DNA from: Octopus vulgaris
Taxonomy: Eukaryota
Assembly (NCBI GenBank): GCA_951406725.2
Contig: OX597821.1
Coordinates: 74,772,001-74,836,000, forward strand
Length of the DNA stretch: 64,000 nt
Direction: 5' to 3'
Numbering within the stretch: position 1 is the stretch's first letter; every line of letters starts with the position of its first letter. Positions 1-15,589 of this stretch are shown in pieces. Below the pieces are notes generated by a model. It made no database searches, had not been told where the DNA came from, and was given only the letters and a program-made list of their open reading frames with translations. The position numbers were made by a program, and so were the translations under genes.

Positions 1-2521
<2,521 letters not shown>

Positions 2522-2623
2522 GTCAATGTCTGGTGTGGAGAGACATTCCGGCCAGTCCTCTCTGAGGATCTCTTTTTGGATCGATTTCCAATCTGCTTTG
2601 TGGAAGTTCAGATTGGAGAGATT

Positions 2624-3490
2624 TCAGGTGCTTCCTTTAGGCTGTATGTCTCTGGTTACTTTCGGCCCAAACATAGACAGCTCTATTATGTTGTGATCCG
2701 AAACTGATGTCGGTGTCACTTTCACATCATGAATGATGTCCATATTGTTCGTGAAGCAGAGATCCAGAATGTTATTCGCCCTAGTTGGCTTGAGTACAAC
2801 TTGCTCCATGAATAAGGCATTGGTGAGGTTGAGCAGGGACTCCACCTGTACTTGCTTGCAATGATTCATTCCTGAGAGTATGTGACCTTCGGGCCATTTG
2901 ACGTTGGGGAAGTTGAAATCACCCATAAGAAATATGGTCACGTGGTGTTCCAGATTCATGAGGATTTCTTTAATTCTTGTGAGGCAATCTTCAAACTTGC
3001 CTATGTGATTTGGGGCATCCGGTGGGCAATATGTATTGCATATGACTATATTATGTTGTCTTATGTATACAATTAAGGTGTCACATACCGAATTTGAGTA
3101 TGTCATCAAGACCTGGGGTGTGAGGTCATCTCGGATGTATACAGCAACTCCACCATGGCTCCTTTCCCTTCTGTCTGTTCGCAGTATGGCATAGTTTGGT
3201 ATGTGTACTTCTGCGTCCTCTATATCAAGGTTGAGGTGAGTTTCCACAAGTGCTATGCATAGGGCTTGATTGCATGCAGTAAGATCTCTCAGGAAAGAAA
3301 TTTTGTTTCTATTTTGATGCAACAGGCCCCCAATATTTAGTAAAAGTATTGGGGTGACGGCTGTGCAGGCGTTAGGGGAGGCCATCCCGTGTCTGTTGAC
3401 TGTGGTGGTCTTGCATAGTGGTGGGCAGGGTTCCTTCTCTGTGCTTGGTGTAGCCAGGTTAGCTGCCGGACAATTCTTTCCGCCATGCAT
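2624..3490 (-). pseudogene. LINE ORF2 apurinic/apyrimidinic-like (APE) endonuclease, frameshifted from RT
   Basis: LNIGGL, ETHL, GGVAVY, YCPP, GDFN, LDLCFTN, SDH motifs. Confidence 0.9.
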
Positions 3491-4399
3491 AAAAAAGACT
3501 CTTGCTCAGCTGCTGCGTTGCGCAGAACATCTGAGGAGCGCACTTCGTTTTTGAAAGTTTTCCTGGGAGACATTTCTTGTGTTCCCTCGGTAAAGTTTTT
3601 CTCTTTGAGTCCCCTGAAGTTCTGGTGGGGTGTCGGGTGGGCGAACCGGCAGTTTTTGCCGTCCTCACCATGCCAACATTTGCCCCGCAGGTATAACTTA
3701 CAGGTTCTTCGGTGCCTTCCAGATTTCTTCTTTCCTGAAGTGTACTGGGTGGCATTGGATCCTTCATGGGGTTCTCTGCTGTTTGTGTGGTGGGTTGGGG
3801 TTTCATCTTTGGTTGTTTTGCCTTTTCCCTCCTTATTTTTGTTTTCGGTCCTTCCTTTTTTCTTCTGTTTTTCTAATTTTTCTAATTTTTCATTTCTTCG
3901 TAGGACCACTGTTACAGGGGGCTTCCGGTTTCTGCTCCCTTGGCTCCCCTATTCTTCACTACTTGGTCGTTCACCACTTGGTCGTTCACCGGGGTAGGTG
4001 ATCCATTTTCCTGAGGAACCCCTGGATCACAGAGACTTCCGGCTTCCTTCTCTTTTTCGTCCTCTTCATTCTCATCAGCTTTGCCACAATAATCTTCAAT
4101 TATGTTGTCCAGTGTTTTGATGTGTGGTCTTATAAGCATTTAAGACCGGATAAACTCATTTTTCTTCCGCTCTATCTGGTCAATGGTTCTATGAAAACCA
4201 TTGTTTTTTAGCGCGGCAGTGATGATGTTGTTCTTGTGTTCCCTCGGTAAAGTTTTTCTCGGTAAAGTTCTGGCGGGGTGTCGGGTGGGCGAACCGGCAG
4301 TTTTTGCCGTCCTCACCATGCCAACATTTGCCCCGCAGGTATAACTTACAGGTTCTTCGGTGCCTTCCAGATTTCTTTCTTTTCCCACCTTGGTGCCAT
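3337..4399 (-). pseudogene. LINE ORF1 with two CCCH zinc-finger copies, disrupted
   Basis: CKLYLRGKCWHGEDGKNCRFAH (C-x7-C-x8-C-x3-H) encoded at about 3640-3705 and again at about 4290-4355; candidate ATG at 4399. Confidence 0.7.
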
Positions 4400-4916
4400 C
4401 TTCGTTTTGAAGTCCAGAGGGGCAGTAGAGGCTAGAGGAGTAATGAGGGATAGAGAGAGGTAGAGATAGAGAAACACAGAGGGGGGAAATAGGGAAAGAG
4501 AGAGGGAGATAGGAAGGAAAGAGAGAGGTGCTATGAAAGAAATCGAGAGGGTGATAGGAGGAAAACAAGGGGTGTGGTGTGTTAAAGAGATAGAGGAAGG
4601 TAGGGGAGAGGAGGGGAATAGAAGGAGAAGAGGGGAAGAGAAAGAGAGGCAGAGTGAAGGAGAGGAGGGGAAGAGAAAGAGAAACAGAGGGGAGGAGAGG
4701 ATAGCAAGAGAAAGAGGGACAGAGTGAAGGAGAGACAGGATGAAGGATGTGAGAGAGAGGGAGAGACGGAGTGAGAAGAATAGGCGGATCAGACGTATAT
4801 GAGAGAGAGGGTGAGGTGACGAGAGGAGAGGTAGATGTAAGATGGAAAGGAAAGAGAAATGAGAGAAGAGGAGGATATGAAAGGGAGGAGGGGAGATGAG
4901 AAAAAGAGTAAGATAT

Positions 4917-5378
4917 GTAACTGAGATGTAAGCTTAAAAATTTAATAAACAAACAATCGTAACTGAGATGTTAGCCTAAAAAATTAATAAACAAACAATC
5001 GTAACTGAGATGTTAGCCTAAAAAATTTATAAACAAACAATCGTAACTGAGATGTTTGCTTAAAAAATTAATAAACAAACAATCGTAACCGAGATGTTAG
5101 CCTAAAAAATTAATAAACAAACAATCGTATCTGAGATGTTAGCCTAAAAAATTAATAAACAAACAATCGTAACCGAGATGTTAGCCCAAAAAATTAATAA
5201 ATAAACAATTGTAACCGAGATGTCAGCCTAAAAAATTAATAAACAAACAATCGTACCCGAGATGTTAGCCTAAAAAATTAATAAACAAACAATCGTATCT
5301 GAGATGTTAGCCTAAAAAATTAATAAACAAACAATCGTACCCGAGATGTTAGCTTAAAAAATTAATAAACAGACAATT
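4917..5378. repeat. 42-bp minisatellite, 11 copies, probably LINE 5' UTR
   Basis: Unit gtaactgagatgttagcctaaaaaattaataaacaaacaatc. Confidence 0.95.
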
Positions 5379-5835
5379 GCATGCGATACTTATCTTGAAA
5401 GGTACAGTCCAAACCCACGTGCTTGTACGAAGAAATTTTCTTTCACGAGAAGATTTGCCACCATGTGCTTTTCGGCGAATAGTCTAGCATGCGTAACCAA
5501 ATGTACTGAATTATATTTGGCTTCAAGCGAAATATATTACGTTTATAATTAATATATTTTCAATTAAAGTATTTTAGTAGACTTTATGAGTTAACAAGCT
5601 CTACTTTTTGTTACTTTTAATAGAATATTTCGTCGATTTATGCAAACCTTTCTGTTTTTTCACAGAGCAAAAGCAAACACGTCTTTCCTCTACGAAAACC
5701 GGAAGTGATATCATATATGTATATATATATATACGTATATATGAATATGTATATATATGTATATATACGTTTAAATATTTGTTGTGCAAGATTATTGGCT
5801 AAACTGGCAATATGACCATTCCGAAATATAATAAT

Positions 5836-5988
5836 ATGTATATATATATATATGTATATATACATATGTGTATATATGTATGTATATATATATATATGTA
5901 TATATGTGTATGTATATATATGTATACATACATATGTATATATATGTATGTATATATATGTATATATACATATGTATATATATGCATG

Positions 5989-6024
<36 letters not shown>

Positions 6025-6030
6025 CATATG

Positions 6031-6065
<35 letters not shown>

Positions 6066-6100
6066 GTATATATACATATGTATATGTATATATATGTACA
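5836..6100. repeat. (TA/TG)n compound microsatellite
   Basis: Directly visible; source of spurious YI-repeat ORFs. Confidence 0.95.
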
Positions 6101-6146
6101 TACTCGCCTATCGACGAGTCCCACAAAACAAGAATAGCTACCTGAA

Positions 6147-6365
6147 ATGAATTGCAAAAATTCAAGAAAATCTGTACGGCAATTGATTCATGTGACAGGA
6201 GTTTCAAGATCAAGCATCCATTGCAGATTGAGGTGCTGTCATTTGAAAAGAATTGTCTATGTTCTCAGTGAAATGAGCGGAGTTTTTATGAGGGACGCTT
6301 ATAAATATGCACACTTTCCACCAAAGATTGTCTGGAGTGACGAGGTTATATTCGATTTAAATTTA
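6147..6365 (+). pseudogene. Tc1/mariner transposase remnant
   Basis: RKSVRQL...GVSRSSIH (HTH-like) and KIVWSDE (first catalytic D motif). Confidence 0.6.
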
Positions 6366-6632
6366 ATCAGGACGATTAGATCAGTTCCTGATCTGAGACT
6401 CCTATTATTACGGAGGATCATGTTGTATAGGAGTAACAAATATTACGGCTTAATTGAACCAGTCTTTCGTAGTGTGACTGAAGCGATCGACTGGCAGTAT
6501 TAGAGTACTGTAGTGACATGACAGAGCAGTTCAGTACATACATCGATCAAGTGACCCTACATAAACCTCCCTCATAAAAAGAACAGGTGGGAACATGAAC
6601 GATCACATATTGTTCAAAATGCTGGAGTTACT

Positions 6633-6785
6633 GTGAGGGTATGTTGTCAATTTAATATGACAGTCTCATGAAAGGGAAGAATGATACTGTTATTTAGTCC
6701 GGGGAAACAGTGTTTCCTAGGGCTAAATAACAGTAGCATTCTTCCCTTTCAAGGGGCGGCTGTCACATTGACAACATACCATCAC
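6633..6785. mobile_element. Palindromic MITE-like element, collapsed form of the 14644-15075 family
   Basis: Arms atgttgtcaa...gaaagggaagaatgatactgttatttag...ggaaac and gtttcc...ctaaataacagtagcattcttccctttc...ttgacaacat. Confidence 0.75.
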
Positions 6786-7102
6786 TTTATCGTGCTGCTA
6801 CTGCACAAATCTCTCTGAGTTGGAGTTACTGATGTTTGGAATTTCGGTGTTCAGACTGATCGGGAAATACAGGCTGACAAGATCTCATTGTAACAATTTA
6901 TATTGAACAGGCACGTGCTCTCAATGATGTTGCAGTGTCAACTGCCAAAACGCATCTTTAAAAACGTTTGCAAATTCAAGCAAATATACGGTCTTGGAAA
7001 TAGATATTAAAAGAACATGGCACCTGAATGCGGCATTAACTTTTGGAGTCCTTAGAATGATGTCAGAAGAAACAAACGAATGTGTAAACCTGTTCCTTTA
7101 TT

Positions 7103-7512
7103 TCTTTATTGCCCACAAGGAGCTAAACATAGAGGGGACAGACAAAGACAGACAAAGGGGTTAAGTCGATTAAATCCACCCAGTGCGTAACTGGTACTTA
7201 GTTTATCGACCCCGGAAGGATGAAAGGCAAAGTCGACGTCGGCGGTATTTGAACTCAGAGCTTAACGGCAGACGAAATACCTATTTATTTACTACTCACA
7301 AGGGGCTAAACATAGAGGGGACAGACAAGGACAGACATAGGTATTAAGTCGATTACATCAACCCCAGTGCGTAACTGGTACTTAATTTATCGATCCCGAA
7401 AGGATAAAAGGCAAAGTCAACCTCGGCGGAATTTGAACTCACAACGTAACGGCAGACGAAATACGGCTACGCATTTCGCCCGGCGTGCTAATGATTCTGT
7501 CAGCTCGCCGCC
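7103..7512 (-). mobile_element. tRNA-derived SINE family A (Nin-like central domain), partial tandem dimer
   Basis: Head ggcggcgagctg; B box gagttcaaattcc; gaggtcgactttgcctttcatcc...ggggtcgataa. Confidence 0.88.
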
Positions 7513-8698
7513 AGTAAACCTATTTCTTAGCAGCCCTAAAGAAGAGGATTGCAAAAGATCGTTTTTAAAGATGCCTCACATATTTCATGCAAATTACACT
7601 CCACGTGTATACTGTTTATAAAAACACTTTTCTTTAATGTAGAAATCAGATTTTTTTCGGTTGCACGGCATCTCACCTGTTTGCCTCTTTAGGTGCAAAA
7701 GATTCCCTTTGACACAACTACCAGACACTTGAGTAAACTATCAAAAGGAAATGGTGGTAAAATATACTTTTCAAGCATTGGCATAAGGCTATCAATTTCA
7801 GGGAAAGTGGGATTTTCGATAACACGAACGACAGTTCTTCACTTCTAGTCTATTTCCTCAAATCCGAAAAAGTGAAAGGCAAAGCTGATCTCGGCGTGAT
7901 TTGAACTTTGAACGTAAAGAGCCGGAAAAAAAAGCCGCTAATCATAATTTGTCCGATACACAAACGATTCTGCCAGCTCACCACTTCAGTAATATATAAT
8001 ACATAGTTTATAGAGAGCGCCTCCTCCCCATTGCAACTCATTTGTATATTTTCACGACACTCTTGCACATTTTGCTAACAACCATTTTTCACTTCGTTGC
8101 TGTTGCTGTTGATGTTGTTGATGATGATGAGGATGATGATGGTGGTGGTGGTGGTGGTGGTGGTGGTGGTGGTGGTAGCATTGTTACACTTTATTTTTAT
8201 TCCTTTATTGTTGCATTTGCTGTTCTCATAATAATAATAATGGTGATGATAATGATGTTGACCATAAAAGTGGTGGTGATGATGCTATCAAATTCTGACT
8301 GGTTCCATATTTTATGAACTTCAGAATGTTGCAAAGCGAAAATGACCTCAGCAGAATGGATCGGAACTTAGAATAGAAAAGGATGCAATTTAGACTTATT
8401 ATCCGATGCATTAACAACGCAGTATCTACAATGTATTGGGGTCGATTCAATTCCCTTTTCTTGACTGGAATTGGCTGCATGCCTCCTCAAACCACTTCAT
8501 TATTAACTAAATTAGATTGCATCTAATTTCTGCAAACAACACAAGCGACAACTAATCTTGTATCAGATTTATTAATTAGACGTGGCACTTTAATCGAAAT
8601 AATCACTAATCTTATTAACGTCATCAAATCTGCAACGCGTTTAATTCGCTTTTCAGAAACGCATTTAGAGTTTGACCACAGACACATAAGATCATACA

Positions 8699-8781
<83 letters not shown>

Positions 8782-8783
<2 letters not shown>

Positions 8784-8994
8784 TCTCTTTTACTCTTTTA
8801 CCTGTTTCTGTCATTTGACTGTGGCCATGCTGGAGCACCGCCTTTAGTGGAGCAAATCAACCCCAGGACTTATTCTTTGGAAGCCTAGTACTTATTCTAT
8901 CGGTGTCTTTTGCAGAGCCGCTAAGTTACGGTGACGTAAACACACCAGCATCGGTTGTCAAGCGATGTTGGGGGGACAAATATAGACACAGAAG

Positions 8995-9066
<72 letters not shown>

Positions 9067-9304
9067 TACATATATACGACGGGTTGTCAAGGGATGGTGG
9101 CGGAGGTGCAAACACAGACACAAACATATACATATATAAATACGATGGGCTTCTTTCAGTTTCCGTCTACCAAATATACTCACAAGGGTTTGGTCGACCT
9201 GAGGCTATAGTAGAAGACACTTACCCAAGGTACCACGCAGTAGGACTGTACCCGGAACCATGTGGTTGGTAAACAAGCTACTTACCACACAGCCACTCCT
9301 GCAC
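8782..9304 (-). mobile_element. tRNA-derived SINE family B
   Basis: Head ggtgcaggagtggctgtgtggtaag; internal TA/TG repeat; (gagtaaaa)n tail; many copies in the window. Confidence 0.88.
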
Positions 9305-9369
9305 CTCCCTCTATGTTTAGCCCCTTGTGGGCAGTAAATAAATATATATATGTATGAATATAATCTTCT

Positions 9370-9765
9370 ATATTTTACTTGTTTCAGTCATTAGACTGCT
9401 GCCATGCTGTAGTACCGTGTTGAAGAGCTTTCAGTCGAACGAATCAATTCCCACAAATTCTTTAAAGCCTGGGACTTATACAATCGTTAATATTGTCGAA
9501 CCGTTAAGTTACGGTGACGTAAACAAGCAACACCGTTAGTCAAGTGGTAGTCGGGGAAAAACACAGATAAAACATATATACATATATATATTGATATATA
9601 CGTGTGTCTTCTTTCTTCTTCCGTCTACCAAAGCCACTCACAAGACTTTGTTAGAATCGGTGCTACAATACACAACACCTACCCAAGCTGTCACGCAGTG
9701 GGACTAAACCCGGAAGCATGTGGATGGGAAGCAAGCTTCTTACCACACAGCCACGCCTGCGCCTA
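9370..9765 (-). mobile_element. SINE family B, diverged
   Basis: Homologous to 8782-9304. Confidence 0.8.
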
Positions 9766-9916
9766 CAATTTTTGTACACACACATATATTCCCATAAAAC
9801 ACACGCATATATATTCGTGCACACACATACACATACATATATAACAATAACTACTTATACACTTACATTTTGTAATGATTAAAAATATAGTCTGGAAAAA
9901 TAAGCCATCTATGTCG

Positions 9917-9981
<65 letters not shown>

Positions 9982-10044
9982 TATATATATGCGTGTGTGT
10001 GTGTGTGTGTGTGTGAGTGTTGTCTAATATATATATATATATAA

Positions 10045-10178
10045 GGCGACGAGCTGGCAGAGTCGTTAGCACGCCGGGTGGAATGCTTAGCGCTATTTCG
10101 TCTGTCTTTACGTTCTGAGTTCAAACTCCACCGAGGTCGACTTTTCCTTTCATCATTTCGGGGTCGATACATTAAGTA
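10045..10178 (+). mobile_element. SINE family A, 5' part
   Basis: ggcgacgagctggcagagtcgttagc...gagttcaaactcc...gaggtcgac. Confidence 0.8.
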
Positions 10179-10576
10179 TGTCTCAATGCATGCATGCATG
10201 TTGAACTAATATATTTACATTTATTACGAGCTATTTGTTATATCAATACTTTACATAACATTATATATATGCACTTATGTGAGTACGTGCATGCATGCTT
10301 TTCCGGGACTCATACATATGTATGCACATAAAACATACATTCATACATATATACATGCATACGTGCATACGTGCACACATTCACACATAATTAAATACAT
10401 ACACACACATCTATATAAATTTTTCTATATATATGTGTGTGTGTGTGTTAGTGTGTATGTGTGAATATCTTCGTATATGACTGTGTATATCTATAGAAAA
10501 GCATCACACACATGTGCACACACACACGTGAACACACATGCACATGCGCACACATACTCACACTCACGCTCGCACA

Positions 10577-11864
10577 CAGGGTGTGGTGAATAAACTGTCG
10601 TCTAAATTACACAAAAAATGAAGATAACACTAACATCTCGTTTTAAATGATATATTTACCAAAATTGCATCAAAATATCTTGAAATATTAAAGAGTAAAT
10701 TTATTCAATAAAATCACCATTGGCCTCAACCACAGTCTGCAGACGACTTTGGAATCTCCTGCAACTCTTCTGGAAGGTCTCCTTGTTTAAGTTGGTGAAT
10801 GCTGCCATAATCCTTGTCTTCAGTTCATCTTTGATGTTACAAGGAGTCTTGTTGGTCTCTCGCTCAACTGGTCCTCAAACATAATAATCAAGTGGGTTGC
10901 AGTCTTGGGAGTTAGGTAGCCAGATATTAGAGGTGATTTGGTCGCAGAAATTGTTTGACAGCCATGACTGGGTTCTCCTGCTCGTGTGACATGGTGCAGA
11001 GTCCTGTTGCCAGATATAGGATCTTCCGGCAGCCACCCTCTGGACCCAGAGCAGCACTACCTCCTCCAAGCACTTGCTGTAGACCTCCATGTTGAGTCTG
11101 AGGCCGTATGGGAAGATGAATGGAGGCTTAATGTCGCCATCACTAGTGATCACTCTAAACACCATGATGTTGACTGGATGTTTGCTTTTTATCACTCTCG
11201 GTTGATGCTTTAGGGACACGACAAGCTAACGGGTTTTCTGTGTTCACCATCTGATCCTGGCAGAAATTTTTCTCGTCTGACAAAAACCAAAGAATGCTCG
11301 GTTGGAGGGGATGCTTGAGTTTGTTCAAAAACTTCATAGTACAGTATTTCCTCTTGTCCTTGATGGCCTGGGATAAAAATTGGCCCTACCTCATCTTGTA
11401 TGAGGAATACCGAATATCTTCATGCACTACCGGCTTGATAAGAAACTCAGACACTCCCATGTCCCTAGCGAGGGACCTGATAGAATTGGAAGGATCGTTG
11501 TCAGTCATGGCCTGGATCTTATAAACAAATTCAAGAATTATTTTCTTATCAGAACAATTAGAGTGACTTTTCCGAGGTGCCGTACCTTTATTATCGCCAT
11601 TAGACTAGTTCCGAATCCTCTGCACTGTATTCAGATTGACACCCGAACACATTGAAATGTTCGTATTGGAGCTTCTGGCGCGAATGTCAAGCAGTACAGC
11701 ATGTCATTTCCAAACATCTGGCTGAGTGTATTGTGTCGAGGTACTGTTTTACTCACAGACGGTGCCAAACAGACCCCACTATACTGTATAGTCGACAAAA
11801 TCAAAAATGCGACTACGCAAAATTACAAAATACCAAATGGCGACAATTTACCTATCGCACCCTG
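10577..11864 (-). mobile_element. Tc1/mariner DNA transposon, maT (DD37D) family, frameshifted transposase
   Basis: Imperfect TIRs cagggtgtggtgaataaactgtcg / cgacaatttacctatcgcaccctg. Motifs LSDEKNF and WQQDSAPCH...DCNPLDY, with 37 residues between the 2nd and 3rd D. Confidence 0.9.
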
Positions 11865-12112
11865 CGTATGTATGTATGTATGTATGTATGTATGTATGTA
11901 TGTATGTATGTATGTATGTATGTATGTATGTATTTATGTATGTATGCATATATTGTGCATAAACACACACACATATGTATATATACGCTTTATATATATG
12001 TATACATGTTTCTATAAGCTATATATATGTAGTATGTTTATATATATATATATATATATATACACGTAAGATTTACACATCATATATAAATACACACAGA
12101 CACACACATATT

Positions 12113-12152
<40 letters not shown>

Positions 12153-14144
12153 GTGAGAGAGAGGGCGAGCGAGAGAACGGATAAGAGAGAAGACAGATGG
12201 AGAGAGAAAAATATACTTGAAAATTATCTCGTTGTATCAAGTGTTGTATGTAATCTGACTAAGCTAGTATTTCGACGTAAAATCGTTGGAGATGACTATG
12301 ATATTTTACAAACATAAGAAAGAAAGAAATCCATCAGCGCTGAGACAAGCCTATCCCAACTGTGTAGCAGCGAGCCAGACCTCGTTTGCTTGTCGTCCAG
12401 TTAATCATGCGTTGTCCAGAACCGCCTTAACGTCCGCGCAAGTACTGTTACAGCGAGAACGAGTTGGTGGCGGCGGGGAGCGAGGCGACGGGGGTAAGGA
12501 GTCGGTGAACTCATCACATCGTTGGACGTGCTCAGATTCCAAAGCAGACAACAGCAAGCACTTCACCGAACGTACATTTGCTTGTTAGGATGATATGGTT
12601 AGCGTTATTTCTCACCGGAATCGCTTCCTACCTGATCAAACGCTTACACGATTTGATTTATCCAACTTAGCACTAATTTCATTTCTCGTATGGGTAGGTT
12701 TGCTCGTTGTTAAAAAATAAAAATAGTAATAAAATTGGAGAGAAATTGGCCAGTGAAGTAGTTGTACTGTCTCAGCAGGTTAATTTGGGCGCTTAGCTAC
12801 TATTAGGTTGTTTTGGGGGAAAGGTAACTGTTTCTTAAACTATGAACAGGTCGACCTCCTGGTAAAAAATGGGGAAGAGAATGCGTCTGAGCATGTCTGT
12901 GTGTGTGTGTGAGTGTCAGCAAGCGATTTGCTTTAGTAGAAAATTTGATATTGACGCATACACGCCTATGCTTCTAGCAGCAGCAGTTGTTGTTGGTGTT
13001 GTTGGTGTTGTTGTTGTTGTTGTTATTGCTGTAGTTGTAGCAACGGCAGTTTGCCTTCGCACATTGGAATCGTGGAGGTTATTGGCGATGGTGATGCTAT
13101 ATTTTTGCCAACAGCCATATTAGATATTGGTAGAGCGACGGAAGAAAGAACAGCAAATGTAGCAATAACGACAGCAACACTAACAATATATATATAAAAA
13201 AAAAAAAAAAAAACAAGAGTAAAATTATCCCCCCCCCACCACCATTATCACCGCTACCGCCACTCCAACTCCCAACGCTACCACCACCATCAACAGCAAC
13301 AACAACAACAACAACAACAACAGCAGGAACGAAGCGAAAAACGGTTGTTAGGAAAATGTGTAAAACTGTCGTGAAAAATCTAAAGGAGGTGCGAAGGAGA
13401 GGTGGCGCTCACCGGAGAAGGAAATTAAAGAAGACGTAAAGCAATTAAGTGAACGAATTTAGGTAGATGTCCATCATTATTTTTAGTTAAGCCTCAATCA
13501 TCAGACATGATAATCCATCTTCAGGCAGAGATTTTTTTTTTTGTTACATGGTTTTCATTTTCAACCGTAATTTATGTCCTAACAAAGAGAACACTGGCTT
13601 TAGAAAAGGATATATTTTAAAGGAGAACTGTTATGTTTTAGAATTGGATTGTATAAAAGAATCCTGGAAGCGCTGTATCATCTTCTTAATACTCAGCGAT
13701 CCAGCTATGATTGGACGTAGTTATATTATATTTATATGTAACGGATTAATCGAAGTTAATATTTATTTTATAACGTGTTTGGAGAAAAGCTTGAAACAAG
13801 AAGCACGTTCTCAGTATGGCGTGTTAACAAGGCGGACTTCAGTTGCAAAAGATATTTCACTTTACTTTTATGCTCACTATTATTCCTCGACGGAGAAGTC
13901 TTTCAGTGGTCGCTTGACCTGCGGAAAACAACAGCCAACTTTCCTCAAATCATTTAGTTTATTATCTTAAAATAAGAAGTAGTCATTAGATAACGTAGCT
14001 ATATTTAAGCAAAATAAACGCTGAGATGATTAAAGTAGAGATGTGAGATGGTGATGTATAACTGCTTAATCTGGGCTGACTTGGGGCTAAACAATACAAA
14101 GAAAACCTACAACTAAGATTTTACATGGTTGCATATTGTTGTCA

Positions 14145-14445
14145 GCCTCGGGCCGACCAAAGCCTTGTGAGTGGATTTGGTAGACGGAAAACTGAAAGAA
14201 GCCCGTCGTATATATGTATATATATATGTGCGTGTATGTTTGTGTGTCTGTGTTTGTCCCCCTAGCATTGCTTGACAATGTTTATGTCCCCGTAACTTAG
14301 CGGTTCGGCAAAAGAGTCCGATAGAATAAGTACTGGGCTTACAGAAGAATAAGTCCCGGGGTCGAGTTGCTCGATTCAAGGCGGTGCTCCAGCATGGCCG
14401 CAGTCAAATGACTGAAACAAGTAAAAGAGTAAAAGAGTAAAGAGT
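14145..14445 (+). mobile_element. SINE family B, 5'-truncated
   Basis: agcctcgggccgaccaaagcc...gtaaaagagtaaaagagta. Confidence 0.85.
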
Positions 14446-14643
14446 ATATATATTTAGAGGGAGAGAGAGAGAGGGTTCATCTTTATATATGGCTGTATAA
14501 CGTGGAACACAACAGACGAGTGTAGAAACTTATTGATGATGCAGAGATGTAGTTTCTCAGTGGAACAGTGAGAAACAAACATTATAGTAACAATACATAT
14601 CTAAATCTCTCAAAGAGATTTATGCAGTAGCAGCACGACAAAG

Positions 14644-15075
14644 TGATGATATGTTGTCAATTTGATGCGACAGTCCCATGAAAGGGAAGAATGCTACTGT
14701 TATTTAGCCCTATGAAACACCGTTTCTTGTTGGACTTGACACATTTCCTGTGTCCTAATGAGAGATTTAGAAATATATTGTTTCTATTTTCAAAATTCAG
14801 TGAATGTATTTCACTTGAAATATATGTTATTTCAAAGGCGATGAGCATCGACAGCTAGCAAGCCATGCTACTCCAGACTGGTGATGAGCAATGATTCTGA
14901 AACTAGTCTCTGGGTGCTGGCTTTGCTGGGTGGAGGTGCTTATCTCTCGCCTTTGAAAACATAAGGACACAGGAAATGTGTCAAGTCCAACAGGAGATGG
15001 TATTTCCTAGGGTTAAATAACAGAGTATTCTTCCCTTTCATGAGACTGTCGCATTAAGTTGACAACATACTATCA
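14644..15075. mobile_element. MITE-like element with about 115-bp inverted arms
   Basis: tgatgatatgttgtcaa...cctgtgtcctaatg versus cataaggacacagg...ttgacaacatactatca. Confidence 0.8.
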
Positions 15076-15589
15076 AACATTATAATGTCTAGAAAAGTAG
15101 TAAAAAGCGCCAGGCATTGTAACAACATAAGGAGGGTACATGCTTCGTTCTTTGGACATTAAATGAGAAAAGTTGGCTTAAAGTCTTAATAACAACAGGA
15201 AAATTAGATAAACAAGCCAGGCAAGACAATGGGAAAAGATATTCAATGTCCAACGGGCTGCAGAGAGATTGACCCAATAATATGTTAATTTGCGTATAGA
15301 GTGGCAGCGTAGGGTCAAATTTACTAATGTTTGTACGGATAAAACATTAAAAAATACTTTCTATAACGGGTTTTGTGAACGTTTTAAGAGACGGAACACG
15401 TTCGCTGACAAAACATCCTGGAGTCAACTTCATTCACGGTTTGGAATATATTACATTTCGTGAAATAGATTCGAGCTGTGTTGTTTTAATGGTATGAATA
15501 TTGCAAAACCCCCAAGTTCGTACCTCAAAACATATTGAGGTTTTGTGTGATTAGAACGTGAAACTAATATTTTCTGATACTGTGTATAT

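Noticed and set aside
4917-5378. CRISPR-like regular repeats
   Set aside because: Units are contiguous with no unique spacers; eukaryotic context; no cas genes.
12406-12584. Proline-rich minus-strand frame (...DEFTDSLPPSPRSPPPPTRSRC...DNA*)
   Set aside because: Under 60 codons, no ATG, no convincing acceptor and no recognised homology.
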